Source: Longimicrobiales bacterium
Lineage (GTDB): Bacteria > Gemmatimonadota > Gemmatimonadetes > Longimicrobiales > Gaopeijiaceae
NCBI GenBank assembly: GCA_965202985.1
Contig: CBDBCF010000001.1
Span: forward strand, 416,001 to 480,000
DNA: 64,000 nt
Direction of reading: 5' to 3'
Shown here: piece by piece, positions 20,021 through 29,556 of the stretch
Numbering within the stretch: position 1 is the stretch's first letter
How the letters are laid out: the number at the start of each line of letters is the position of its first letter
The notes under the pieces: generated by a model
Told to the model about the DNA's origin: nothing
Seen by the model: only the letters and a program-made list of their open reading frames with translations
Database searches by the model: none
Program-made: the position numbers and the translations under genes

Positions 20021-20143
20021 ACGCGGGGGCGAGCGCACTTGCGGCCGGCTCTCGGGGCGGATACCCAAACCATGGGGCCGACCGCTTTTGCAACGCCTGC
20101 CCGCGAATCCATCGGCCGTCGTGTCGGGCGACGGAACTTCCGT

Positions 20144-22000
20144 CTAGCAGGAAACGCAGTTGTGGTTGTTCACGGCCCCCAGGCTCTCCAGCAGCGCCAC
20201 GGTCTCGGGGAACGGCTGGATGCGCTGGACCGGGCCGTTGGCCATGTCCACGGTGGTCTGGCCGCGCCGGCTTACGACCGTCACGTCGGCGCCCTGCTCC
20301 ACCAAGTAGCGGATCAGCTCGTTGTCGCCCCGAGCCGCCGCGTGGTGCAGGGGGCTGTAGCCGTCGTGGTCGCGCGCGTTCACGTCGGCTCCGAGCTCCT
20401 CGACCAAGTACCGCACCGCGGGCAACCAACCGTCGGGAACGTGGCGGTGGGCGTTGGCGGCGAAGCCCTGCCCGTACCCGACGCCCGACGCCGCGTGGAT
20501 CGGATGGACCGCCGGACCCCCGACGGGAACGGGAGGCAATCCCGATTGATCGTCTTCGTCGCCCCCCCTCGAGTAGCGCCGGGACGGCACCTTCACGGTG
20601 GGCGTCGACGGGTCCGCGCCCCGGCTGGTCAGCAGTCGCATCGCCTCCACGTCCAGCGCGTAGGCCGCGCGCCAAAAGGGAGTCGCGCCCTTCGCGTCGA
20701 TCTGCAACAGGTCGAAGTTGTACGACATGAACCAGAGGTGCTTGGTCAGCCGAGCATTGGGATCGGCGCCGGCGTCCAGCAGCTTGCGCATCACCTCCAA
20801 GTAGGTTTGGTCCTGCTGCATGTAGACGTGCTGCTGGGGGTAGCGCGACTTGGGCGCCCAGTGGGTGTTGATCGCCGCGAAGAGAGGCGCGGCGCCCGCA
20901 TGGCTCGCGACGTTGGGGTCCGCGCCGCGGTCCAGGAGGCTCATCGCCAGGTCGAAGTGGCCGTTGATCAGCGCCATGAGCATGGGGCTGGCGCCGTCGC
21001 CGGCGCTGGTCTGGTCGATCTCCGCACCGCCGTCCAGCAACGCCCGGGCGGTCTCGTCGTGGCCTTCCCGGGCTGCGTGCAGAAGCGCCGTGAGTCCTCC
21101 GTGGCCGCCGACCAGCTCGCCGTAGGACAGGGGCTCGGGCTCCTCGATCATCCGCGTCCGACCCTCTTCTTGCGACGCCGCCTCCGCCAGCGCGCGCCGG
21201 GCCTCTTGCCGCTGCCTCTCCGCTTCAGTCTGGCGTCGCTCCGCATCCGCTTGCCGACGCGCCGCCTCCGCCGCTGCCGGATCCCACGCCTCCCCCGCCT
21301 TGAGACGCTTGTTCCGCTCGGCCCGATCGATCCGGTCGGCAACGGCCCGCTCCGCCACGTCGATCACCTTCGTGGCGACGGAGGGGTCGGCCCCCGCGGC
21401 CAGCAACAACCGCACAGCCGAGGTCCTGCCCGCCGAAGCCGCAAAGATCAACGGCGTCTGCCCCCACGCCGTCTCGGCGGCGTTCGGGTCCGCGCCCGCG
21501 GCCAGCAACGCCTCCACGGTGCGCCCGTCTCCCGCCTGCGCCGCAAAGTGGAGCGCCCGCGCGCCGCCCGTCTCCGTGGTGGCCGCCTCGGGGTCGGCGC
21601 CGCCGGCCAGCAGCAGCTCGGTCACCTCCCCCGCCCCGGCCTGCGCGGCCATGTGAAGCGGCGCGTAGTCCCCGATGCGGGTTCCCGCACCCACTTTCGC
21701 CCCCGCTCCCAGCAGGAAGCGCACCAGCGCGGCGTCCCGGTTGCGAGCCGCCCAGTGAAGCGCGGTCATCCCGTCGCCCTGGGGCTGGTTCACGTCGCTC
21801 CCTTGCCCGACCAGCGACCGCACGGCGTCGGCGTCCCCCCGCATGGCCGCGTCGGCAACCGGCGAGGAGAGGCCGGGCCGCAACGCCGCGCCGCCTACCC
21901 GCGACGTCGGCCCCTGGAGAGCCCCGGCGGAGTGGCGCTCGGGGACCGCCCAAGGCGCAAGAACGACCAGCGCCGCCGTCAGCAACGCGCTCCGGCCCAT
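20144..22000 (-). CDS. Exported ankyrin-repeat protein (paralogue 2) ending NNHNCVSC
   Basis: Signal-like N-terminus, ankyrin repeats, C-terminal region closely similar to 12490..14502. Confidence 0.92.
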   Translation of the reverse strand: MGRSALLTAALVVLAPWAVPERHSAGALQGPTSRVGGAALRPGLSSPVADAAMRGDADAVRSLVGQGSDVNQPQGDGMTALHWAARNRDAALVRFLLGAGAKVGAGTRIGDYAPLHMAAQAGAGEVTELLLAGGADPEAATTETGGARALHFAAQAGDGRTVEALLAAGADPNAAETAWGQTPLIFAASAGRTSAVRLLLAAGADPSVATKVIDVAERAVADRIDRAERNKRLKAGEAWDPAAAEAARRQADAERRQTEAERQRQEARRALAEAASQEEGRTRMIEEPEPLSYGELVGGHGGLTALLHAAREGHDETARALLDGGAEIDQTSAGDGASPMLMALINGHFDLAMSLLDRGADPNVASHAGAAPLFAAINTHWAPKSRYPQQHVYMQQDQTYLEVMRKLLDAGADPNARLTKHLWFMSYNFDLLQIDAKGATPFWRAAYALDVEAMRLLTSRGADPSTPTVKVPSRRYSRGGDEDDQSGLPPVPVGGPAVHPIHAASGVGYGQGFAANAHRHVPDGWLPAVRYLVEELGADVNARDHDGYSPLHHAAARGDNELIRYLVEQGADVTVVSRRGQTTVDMANGPVQRIQPFPETVALLESLGAVNNHNCVSC

Positions 22001-22009
22001 GGCCGCCCC

Positions 22010-23401
22010 CTACACCGCCAGCGAGAAGTCGCCGGTGCTGTTGCCGAAGCGTTCCATGTCGTCCATCCCCAGCTTGTGCGCCAGAGAGAGCATGACGTTG
22101 GCCATCGGCGTTCCCGGCGCCGCCCGCAGGTGCATGCCGCCGTCCAACGCGCCGTTCGCCTTGCCGGCGACGAACAGCGGGCAGCGCTTGTGGTTGTGCA
22201 CGTTCGGGTCGCCCATCGGCGAGCCGTAGACGATCATCGTGCGCTCCAGCAGGTCCGCGTCGCCGTCCATCGTCTCGCGCAGCCGGTCGAAGAAGTAGGT
22301 CAGCTGCCCCACGTGGTAGCGGTTGATTTGGGCGAAGTCGGTGATGTTCCCTTCGTTGCCGCCGTGGTGGGACGCCGGATGGAAGGGCTTGTCCACGCCG
22401 CTCTCGGGGAAGATGCGGGCCGACGAGTCCCGTCCCATCTTGAAGGAGAAGACCCGCGTGGCGTCCGACGCGAACGCCAGCGCCTGCAGGTCGAACATGA
22501 GCCGCACGTGTTCCTCGAACGAGTCGGGCACGCCGGCGGGCGCTTCGGGCAACTCCCTTCCCTCGCCGCTGGCGTTCCGGGCTTCCACGGTCTCGATGCG
22601 CCGCTCCAACTCGCGCACGTTCTCCATGTAGCGGTCCAGCCGGATCAGGTCGGCCGGCCCCAGCGTCCGCTTCAACTGGGCGACCCGCCCAGCGATGAAG
22701 TCCAGGATGCTCCGGTTGGCCAAGCGCCGCGCAGCCCGCTCCTCCGGCGAGCCGCCCGCGCCGAAGATCTGGTCGAAGGCGACTCGGGGGTCGCGCACCA
22801 TCGGCAGCGGTTCGGTGGGCGAGGCCCAGCTGATCGTGTCGGTGTAGACGCAGGCGTAGCCGTAGGCGCACCCGCCGGATTGGTCCACGTTCTCGATGCA
22901 GAGCTGCATCGACGGAATCGGCGTGTCCTGGCCGAACCGCTGGGCGAACATCTGGTCCAGCGACGTGCCGACGAAGATGTCCGAGCCCTCGGTCTGCCGC
23001 GGGTGCGACTGGGTGAGGAAGGTGGCGCTGGAGCGGAAGTGGTCGCCCCCGATCTCCTTGGGCTTCTTGGCTTCCGCCGGCTCCACGTCGGTGTCGCTGA
23101 CGATCGTCAGGTAGTCCCGATACGGCTCCAGCGGGCTGAGCGCGCTGGGCGACAGGTCGAAGTGCCGTCCCGTCTCCGCAGGCGACCAGTAGTTCCGCGT
23201 GGCGCCCCACTCGTTGCTCCCCGCCGCCCCGTGCACCATCTCGATCGCCACCAGGCGGGTGGGTCCGCTCGCCGCCGAGGCCGCCCCCGACGCCCGCAGC
23301 CCCGCCGGGATCATCGCGTCCAGGAACGGCAGCGAAACGGTGGCCCCCACGCCTTTCAGGAACACGCGGCGGGGGATGCTGGCTCCGGTGATCAGGCGCA
23401 T
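22010..23401 (-). CDS. DUF1552 domain protein (paralogue 2) with Tat signal
   Basis: MRLITGASIPRRVFLKGVG. Highly similar to 14513..15907. RBS AGGAGG upstream. Confidence 0.92.
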   Translation of the reverse strand: MRLITGASIPRRVFLKGVGATVSLPFLDAMIPAGLRASGAASAASGPTRLVAIEMVHGAAGSNEWGATRNYWSPAETGRHFDLSPSALSPLEPYRDYLTIVSDTDVEPAEAKKPKEIGGDHFRSSATFLTQSHPRQTEGSDIFVGTSLDQMFAQRFGQDTPIPSMQLCIENVDQSGGCAYGYACVYTDTISWASPTEPLPMVRDPRVAFDQIFGAGGSPEERAARRLANRSILDFIAGRVAQLKRTLGPADLIRLDRYMENVRELERRIETVEARNASGEGRELPEAPAGVPDSFEEHVRLMFDLQALAFASDATRVFSFKMGRDSSARIFPESGVDKPFHPASHHGGNEGNITDFAQINRYHVGQLTYFFDRLRETMDGDADLLERTMIVYGSPMGDPNVHNHKRCPLFVAGKANGALDGGMHLRAAPGTPMANVMLSLAHKLGMDDMERFGNSTGDFSLAV

Positions 23402-23498
23402 GGTCTCTGCCTCCTGTGGCGCGGTCCACTTGGCGGCCTGGGGTTCAGGAACGCCGATTCCAAGCTACCGAGACGGGGCCGCCCGCGCCAATTCCGCC

Positions 23499-25109
23499 TC
23501 ACATCCCCCAGACTTCGATCTCGACGCCGCTCTCCGCCCTTCGGCTCCGGCGAAAGACCTTCTCTTCCCAGCTGCGGCCCTCCCGGCGGTCGAAGACGAC
23601 CAGATGGCCGGCCTCCGCGTCGCAGCGGTCCATGTAGCCCGCCGTCTGCTCCACGCCGTCGGCGACGGTGCGCTCCAAGCTCGCGTGCAACACCTTGCAC
23701 TCGATCACGAACTTTTGCGTCCGGCCGGCTGGCGCGGCCCCCGAATCCAATTCGGCCCGGCCCTCCGGCCACGTCACCAACAGGTCCGTGCGCCCGCGTC
23801 CCAGCCCGTACTCCCGCTCGATCCGCCCACCGCTGTTGACGACCCTCTGCAAGAACGCCTGCAGGAGCAGCTGCGGTCCCGCCTCCTGGTACTGGAATCG
23901 TCCCGCCCAGTGCTCCGAGTGCTCCCGGAAGAACTGCTGGAACGCGGCCAGCAGCTTGTCCATCCGCAGGTTGCCCGAGTCGTCCACATACCATGTGATC
24001 TCGTCCGCCATCTCCTCTTGCGGCAACAACGAGAGCTCCCGAGGCACCACTTCGGCGTAGATCGGATTCGCCATTCGAACCGGCCGGTCCTGGGCGATCA
24101 AACCCAAGTCCCGAACGTACTCGACGTCGCGCAGGGCGAACCGCCGCTCGGGCGCGCCGGTCAGCAACGGTTCGACGACGCGGCGCACGCGGTCTTCCTG
24201 CAACTTGTCCGTCAACTGATCCAGATGGGTGTCCCGCCGAAGGATCAGCGCCTCCCGGGCCTCCAGCACGTCGGCTTCGGCTATCTGACGGGACCTGTCC
24301 TTTGCCGGGGCGCCGCGAAAGCAGGTCTGATAAGCGAGCGCATTGACCAGCCACGGCTGGCCCCTGGTCTGTGTCCAGACGGCCTTCATCGCATCGTCGG
24401 CGAAGGGCTGGCCCGTCTCCTCGGCGTGCTGCCGGAGCAATGCGCGCACTTCGTTCTTGGAGAAATCGCCCAGGCGCAACGACTCCGCCTTGATGTTGAA
24501 CGCGCTGCCGCCTGCGATCATGGTGTTGGCCGAGCCGGAACGGATGCGGTAGTCGCGCACGTCGCGCACGCCGCACAGCACCACGCTCTGGGGGAAGCCT
24601 CCGGGGCGCAGGTCGTACCCCGCGCGCAGTTGTCGCAGGACCGACAGGAGAGCGTCGCCCACGAGCGCGTCGATCTCGTCGATCAGGAGCACCAGCGGCT
24701 GGACGACGGCGCGGGCCCAGCGCGTCAACGCCTCGCGCAGGGCGCTGTCGGGACCGCGCTTCTCGAGGATTGCCGGCCAGATCTCCTCCAACGACTCGTC
24801 TCCAACCGCGTCGTAGGCCCGCGACGCGAGCTCGGCCAGCACGGTGCCCACGACCCGCGCCACGTCTTCTCGGGCCGGTTGCCCGGCTTCGACGTTGACG
24901 TAGACGCAACGGTAGCGACCCTCGGCGTTCAGCAGGTCTTGCAGCGCAAGCAACGCGGAGGTCTTGCCGGTCTGGCGCGGCGCATGGAGGACGAAGTAGC
25001 GATTCTGGGCGATCAGCCCTTGAATCTCTGCCAAGTTCACCCGGTCGAGAGGCGGAACGCAGTAGTGGTCGCTTGCCACCACCGGACCGGACGTGTTGAA
25101 GTAGCGCAT
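23499..25109 (-). CDS. AAA ATPase (AAA_35-like) with C-terminal PD-(D/E)xK nuclease-like domain
   Basis: MRYFNTSGP, Walker A APRQTGKTS, Walker B LLIDEID, SAFNIK, GQPWLVNAL, C-terminal REYGLGRGRTDLLV...VIECK. ATG overlaps the upstream stop (TGATG). Confidence 0.88.
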   Translation of the reverse strand: MRYFNTSGPVVASDHYCVPPLDRVNLAEIQGLIAQNRYFVLHAPRQTGKTSALLALQDLLNAEGRYRCVYVNVEAGQPAREDVARVVGTVLAELASRAYDAVGDESLEEIWPAILEKRGPDSALREALTRWARAVVQPLVLLIDEIDALVGDALLSVLRQLRAGYDLRPGGFPQSVVLCGVRDVRDYRIRSGSANTMIAGGSAFNIKAESLRLGDFSKNEVRALLRQHAEETGQPFADDAMKAVWTQTRGQPWLVNALAYQTCFRGAPAKDRSRQIAEADVLEAREALILRRDTHLDQLTDKLQEDRVRRVVEPLLTGAPERRFALRDVEYVRDLGLIAQDRPVRMANPIYAEVVPRELSLLPQEEMADEITWYVDDSGNLRMDKLLAAFQQFFREHSEHWAGRFQYQEAGPQLLLQAFLQRVVNSGGRIEREYGLGRGRTDLLVTWPEGRAELDSGAAPAGRTQKFVIECKVLHASLERTVADGVEQTAGYMDRCDAEAGHLVVFDRREGRSWEEKVFRRSRRAESGVEIEVWGM

Positions 25110-28042
25110 CAGGCGCGCGTGGCCTTTCCGCCGTGCACGGTGGGCTCGGCGCACCAGCTGCTCCGCAGCGCCGCCAAGCCGTCCAGAAGCTCCTCGGGCA
25201 GCCCCAGCACGTCCACCAGCAACGCCCGGTCCAGCTCCTGACGCACCGGGTCGCGGTACGCCTCGTTGGCAGGCAACATCTTGCGGTCGCGAAAGTCGGC
25301 GAACACGGCTTGGGCACGGGCCGACTGCTCCTCCGACAGCGCCCGCGCGTCAAGTGCAAGCAGCTCGGGCAGGCGACTGATCGTGAGCATCGCTCGTCCC
25401 TGTTGCTGACGCATGCCCAACCACCAGAAGCCGATCAACCCCAGCGTGCTGTTCGCCCAAAGCGCCAACGGCTTCTCCCACTCCGACCGATCGGCCACGA
25501 AGTTGGGCCACGCCCGGCCGCCGATGCTCTTCTCCGGCGTCAGGCAGGCGGCCAAGCTCTGAGAGTTGAGCTGAAAGTCCAAGTTGAAGTGCAACTGGGA
25601 CGCCGTCTTCTGCCACACGTCCACGGCCTGCGCTCCCTTGCCCTCCCGGACGACGCCCTCTCTGTCGGGAGCGACCACCAAGCGTCGTTCGCGGTCGGCG
25701 TCGTGAGCCCAAAGGACCGGGTACAACGGCTGGTCGCGCGCAACCAGAATGTCGAACGGACCCCTGGGCGCGCCACCGGGGTGCTTGCCCGAGATGTCCC
25801 GGTGAAGCAGCCCTCGCCTCCCAAGCCGGCCCAAGGGTGCGACCGGGACCGCGGGGCGTTCGCTTGTCCTGGGAAGCGCGAGCGTGCCCGCCCGAAGCGA
25901 CAGCATGGCCTCCGCCAGCGTCGGCTCCCGCAACGCCGCGCATCCGCCCTCCGCCAACGGCGCGCGAACGAAGCTGCCGGCGTCGTCGGCATCGCCCAGC
26001 TTCAGCCGTCCGCTTCGGCGCTGCGGGTCGATCCGCCGCACGACGTCGGCCAGCACCGCCGCCTCCCCCAGCGTGCGCGGACGGCGAAGCAGGTTGATGA
26101 AGAGGGCGTCTCCCGACTCCGAATCCGCTTCGGCGCTGCGCTTCCTGGTGCCGACGACCAGCGCTTCCGCCATTCCCGTGTCCGCCGAGAACGCCCGCTC
26201 CGTCTTGCCGCTGGCCGCGATCGACACCACCAACACATCCTCATAGTGGCGGGCCAGCAGGACCCGGGCCGCCTTCCACGAACCGCCCTGCACGAAGGCG
26301 GCAGGCAACACCAAGGCTACTACCCCACCGGGCTTCGTCTTCACATGAGCCAAGTCCACGAAGTACGACGCCAGCCCCGCGTTTCCCGCCCCGGCCGGTG
26401 CGTCCAGCCCTTTTCGCAGCCGGGCGAGCTTGCCCGACATGGCCTTCTGCTCGGCTTGCGACGTCTCGAAGCCCGCGAACGACGGCACCGGGATCGTCGT
26501 GGACTCGTGGTTGGTGGGCCGCGTGAACGGGGGATTCATGATCAGCAGGTCGCCGCTCTGGTCGGAAAGGTCCACCACGTGCGGGTCGGCGGCCTCTTCG
26601 GCCTCGCCTGTGCCGCGAACCTGCTTGCGGCCCGTGCCGAAGGCGTCGATCTGCAGGCTTGGGCCCGTGCCCATCAGGGATCGCGCCGACTCCTGGCCCA
26701 AGAGGTCCAGCGATCCGATGGAGAGCGGGCGGCCCGTTTCCGACGGCTGCTCCCCATAGGGCATCGTCACGATGCGCGTGCCGCCGAAGGGGACGGTCGG
26801 ATGAGCGCCCGATAGGATCGAGGCCGTCAGGTGCGTTGCGGCTGGCATGATGTCCGCCGCGATCAAGGCCCCCTCCATCATCCCGGCATGGATGTGCTGG
26901 TCGTCTCCGGCGGCGCGGCGGTGACGGGCGCGGACCGATTGGTAGGCGGCGTTCAACAGGGTGCCGGTCCCGCACGCCAAATCGGCGATCCGCAGTCCGC
27001 ACACGTCCTCAGGAGTGCCCCACTCCACGTCCAGGCGCGGAACCGACAGCTCCGACAACAGCGTCGCCGATGCCGGCAAGGTGTAGAAGGTGGCCAAGAA
27101 CTTCCGGTCCACGATCAGACGCTGGAACATCTGGCCCGACAAGTCGTGCGTCCCCGCCGCGCCTATCTGGGCCAAGCTCCTTGCCGCGGGCACCAGTCTG
27201 TTCAGGATCACGCACCCAAGGTCAACGGGAAACGGCCGCAGCAGGTCGGTGGCTATCTTGAAGATTGGCCAGTAGTTGATCTCGCGCAGGATTCTGCGCC
27301 AGCAGTCCAGGACCAGGGCCTTGTCGAAGTTGCCCGTGTTCTGGAAGCGCAAGTCGTCGAGCGGCGAAATGTCGTGGGAACCCTCGATCGTCACGTGAAA
27401 GGTGAGCGCGTTGGCGACGATCGCCATCGCCATCCGCGTGGTCTGCTCGCTCGGCTCCTGGTGCAGCACGGCGGAGATGCGGTCCAGCGTATTCTTTTTC
27501 TGCCACCGCACGAGTTCTTCCAGTCGGAACGCCGCTTGCCGGACCGCGACTTCGAGGATCTCGGTACCCTCGGCGACTTTCCGTTCCGACAGGGCCGCGT
27601 GTTCGATGCACGCCGCCAAGTCGTTCGCATCTCCGTCCAGCCAGCCTGCCTCCGGCCACCGGACGGGCGCTTCGGGCTCGCCCGCCAAGACGGCGTAGCG
27701 ATATCGAGCTTCCGCGACTCGGTTGGCAAGTGCTCCCTGGCCGGTCCGAAGTTCGCGCGGCAATAGAACGGCGATCGCCTGTTCCACAACCTCGCCGGGC
27801 CTGTCCATGACTTGCCCCAGCCGAGCGCACGCGTCCTGTTCGACTGTCGCCCCAGGCGCGAACTCCGTCTCAACGACAACGACTTGGCCGCCGGGGTGAC
27901 GGACTACGATGTCAGGGCGCCTCGCCGCCTCCCGCAGGACGCGCGACTGCTCCACGCCAATTCCGTCCCGCCAAGCCGGGTGCTTCGTGCGCAGGAGATC
28001 GCCCAGCTGCACGTTGACGGTTGCTTCGCTGTTGGTCGGCAT
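25109..28042 (-). CDS. Type IIG-like restriction-modification fusion (nuclease + N6-adenine methyltransferase + target recognition region)
   Basis: N-terminal RRPDIVV...VVETEF, FYT motif X, motif I IADLACGTGTLL, motif IV IMNPPF (gamma order), long C-terminal TRD-like region. Confidence 0.85.
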   Translation of the reverse strand: MPTNSEATVNVQLGDLLRTKHPAWRDGIGVEQSRVLREAARRPDIVVRHPGGQVVVVETEFAPGATVEQDACARLGQVMDRPGEVVEQAIAVLLPRELRTGQGALANRVAEARYRYAVLAGEPEAPVRWPEAGWLDGDANDLAACIEHAALSERKVAEGTEILEVAVRQAAFRLEELVRWQKKNTLDRISAVLHQEPSEQTTRMAMAIVANALTFHVTIEGSHDISPLDDLRFQNTGNFDKALVLDCWRRILREINYWPIFKIATDLLRPFPVDLGCVILNRLVPAARSLAQIGAAGTHDLSGQMFQRLIVDRKFLATFYTLPASATLLSELSVPRLDVEWGTPEDVCGLRIADLACGTGTLLNAAYQSVRARHRRAAGDDQHIHAGMMEGALIAADIMPAATHLTASILSGAHPTVPFGGTRIVTMPYGEQPSETGRPLSIGSLDLLGQESARSLMGTGPSLQIDAFGTGRKQVRGTGEAEEAADPHVVDLSDQSGDLLIMNPPFTRPTNHESTTIPVPSFAGFETSQAEQKAMSGKLARLRKGLDAPAGAGNAGLASYFVDLAHVKTKPGGVVALVLPAAFVQGGSWKAARVLLARHYEDVLVVSIAASGKTERAFSADTGMAEALVVGTRKRSAEADSESGDALFINLLRRPRTLGEAAVLADVVRRIDPQRRSGRLKLGDADDAGSFVRAPLAEGGCAALREPTLAEAMLSLRAGTLALPRTSERPAVPVAPLGRLGRRGLLHRDISGKHPGGAPRGPFDILVARDQPLYPVLWAHDADRERRLVVAPDREGVVREGKGAQAVDVWQKTASQLHFNLDFQLNSQSLAACLTPEKSIGGRAWPNFVADRSEWEKPLALWANSTLGLIGFWWLGMRQQQGRAMLTISRLPELLALDARALSEEQSARAQAVFADFRDRKMLPANEAYRDPVRQELDRALLVDVLGLPEELLDGLAALRSSWCAEPTVHGGKATRA

Positions 28043-28090
28043 CGCTCACCTGGCTTTCGGACACAAGAGCCTCCACGAGAATAACGAACG

Positions 28091-29488
28091 CTAACTTCTT
28101 CCGCCCCTCGACAGATTGCAATGCCGGTGCACCAGTCTGGCGTTCTCAGGAATGGTAGCTCCTCCTCGCCAGTAGTGCTCGTCGTGATCAAGGGCGGCAT
28201 CATCTATGAGACGGACATCGTTGCCACAGATTGCGCAGGTAGAATTTTGCTCAAACATTTCCTTCTTCAACTGCCGCGAAAATACTCGACTACTATCGGC
28301 GGGCCGCGAATCTTTCAACAGCAGATCAAGTCTAGACGACCAAGTGTCGAAGACGTAAGACAACCTTGTCTTTTCCCCGGTTGCACGACGAACGCAATCA
28401 ATCCAACGATCATCGCGTGTGATCAAGTCTATGTATTCTTCGTGAATGCGATCTGCCATGCTAGTAATCTGGCCCAGGCTGTACGGCGAAAAAGAGGTGG
28501 AAATGCATTGAAACACAGAAGCGTTGACCCGTGTAGCCCATTCGGTAGAATGAGAACCCTTCTTCGGGTCGTTCCTCAAGCGAAATCCCATATCGCCGAA
28601 CACGGTGAATGAGGCTTTCATGCATTTATCGAAGACATTCCTGAATTCGGTCAGCTTCTTCTCGGAAGGATTGCGGTATGTTTCCAAGAAGTCATTCAAG
28701 AACTTCTTCAAGCCATGAGTGCATTTATGATGGGTTCGCTCATAGAAAGCCATGAATCTGAGAACAAGAGCCCGATCGTTCATTCTCTTCTGAAGCGTGC
28801 TTTGATTCACGTACTTGACGAAGTGGGTATTGCTCGACAGTTCCTTGATCAAGGTGTTGGTGGTTCCTTTGTATATGCAGTTCCTGATTTCCGTGTCGTT
28901 GAGCTTTGTGCCGCCGGTATTGAGTCGCTCGAAGACGATAAAGTGAATGTCTGGATCCGTACTGCTCGACAGTTCGAACGATCTAAGCGTAGCATTCTTG
29001 AGCGTCCGCTGACTAGCTTCGTCAAGATCGCTAAACCGCTTCCCATTGAGTTCGCGTCTGATGTTCAGACCGATCAGCTTATATTTGTCAGCAAAGAAAT
29101 TGAAAACGGACGTGAGACGTTGAAGGCCGTCAATTACTTCATATCGTTGGTCTTGAGTTCGGGAAAGGTAGACTACCGGTACCGGGATATTGAGCAAGAA
29201 CGATTCGATTAGCTTTGATGCCTGCGGATTGCTCCACACGTAGTTTCTTTGCCATTCTGGATCAAGGACTAGCTCGTTGTCGTCGTGCCAGCGCCTAAAT
29301 TCCCAAAGACTTCTGTCGCTCTTCTCCAAGGAAATGCGTGAACTAGACGCATTCAAGACACCTTCGTCACTGCCTTCAAAGTCCGAATCTTCCGGCAAGG
29401 CCAGGTCGTGGTCTTGTTGTTCCACCGCATCGTCGCCACTATCGGGCGTGACAGGCGTTGTGGCGTCCTGCGGTGTTTCTCTTGTCAT
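28091..29488 (-). CDS. DUF262 (GmrS/ParB-like) - HNH endonuclease fusion, GmrSD-like
   Basis: PEWQRNYVW, LIESFLLNIPVP, VIDGLQRLTS, FERLNTGG, C-terminal CAIC...DH...GG.T...N..L.H..CN. ATG at 29488 with AAGGAAGG RBS. Low GC. Confidence 0.9.
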   Translation of the reverse strand: MTRETPQDATTPVTPDSGDDAVEQQDHDLALPEDSDFEGSDEGVLNASSSRISLEKSDRSLWEFRRWHDDNELVLDPEWQRNYVWSNPQASKLIESFLLNIPVPVVYLSRTQDQRYEVIDGLQRLTSVFNFFADKYKLIGLNIRRELNGKRFSDLDEASQRTLKNATLRSFELSSSTDPDIHFIVFERLNTGGTKLNDTEIRNCIYKGTTNTLIKELSSNTHFVKYVNQSTLQKRMNDRALVLRFMAFYERTHHKCTHGLKKFLNDFLETYRNPSEKKLTEFRNVFDKCMKASFTVFGDMGFRLRNDPKKGSHSTEWATRVNASVFQCISTSFSPYSLGQITSMADRIHEEYIDLITRDDRWIDCVRRATGEKTRLSYVFDTWSSRLDLLLKDSRPADSSRVFSRQLKKEMFEQNSTCAICGNDVRLIDDAALDHDEHYWRGGATIPENARLVHRHCNLSRGGRS

Positions 29489-29556
29489 CGACCCTTCCTT
29501 GCGTTTTCTGGAGTTCACTTTCGACGCCGACGGATGGAGTTCGGCACCAGCCGTCG

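Noticed and set aside
12490..22000. Diversity-generating retroelement suggested by near-identical ankyrin C-termini
   Set aside because: Both copies are full coding paralogues, the differences I inspected are not confined to adenines, and there is no reverse transcriptase in the window.
19016..23839. Very long plus-strand ORFs (1607 aa here; also 1516..5097, 34900..38496, 29458..32052)
   Set aside because: Antisense shadows of well-supported minus-strand genes in high-GC DNA. They show no recognisable motifs.
23402..29556. att or direct repeats bounding the defence cassette
   Set aside because: Only a weak GCGGAA(A/T)TGG similarity between the two junctions, not distinguishable from chance at this GC content.
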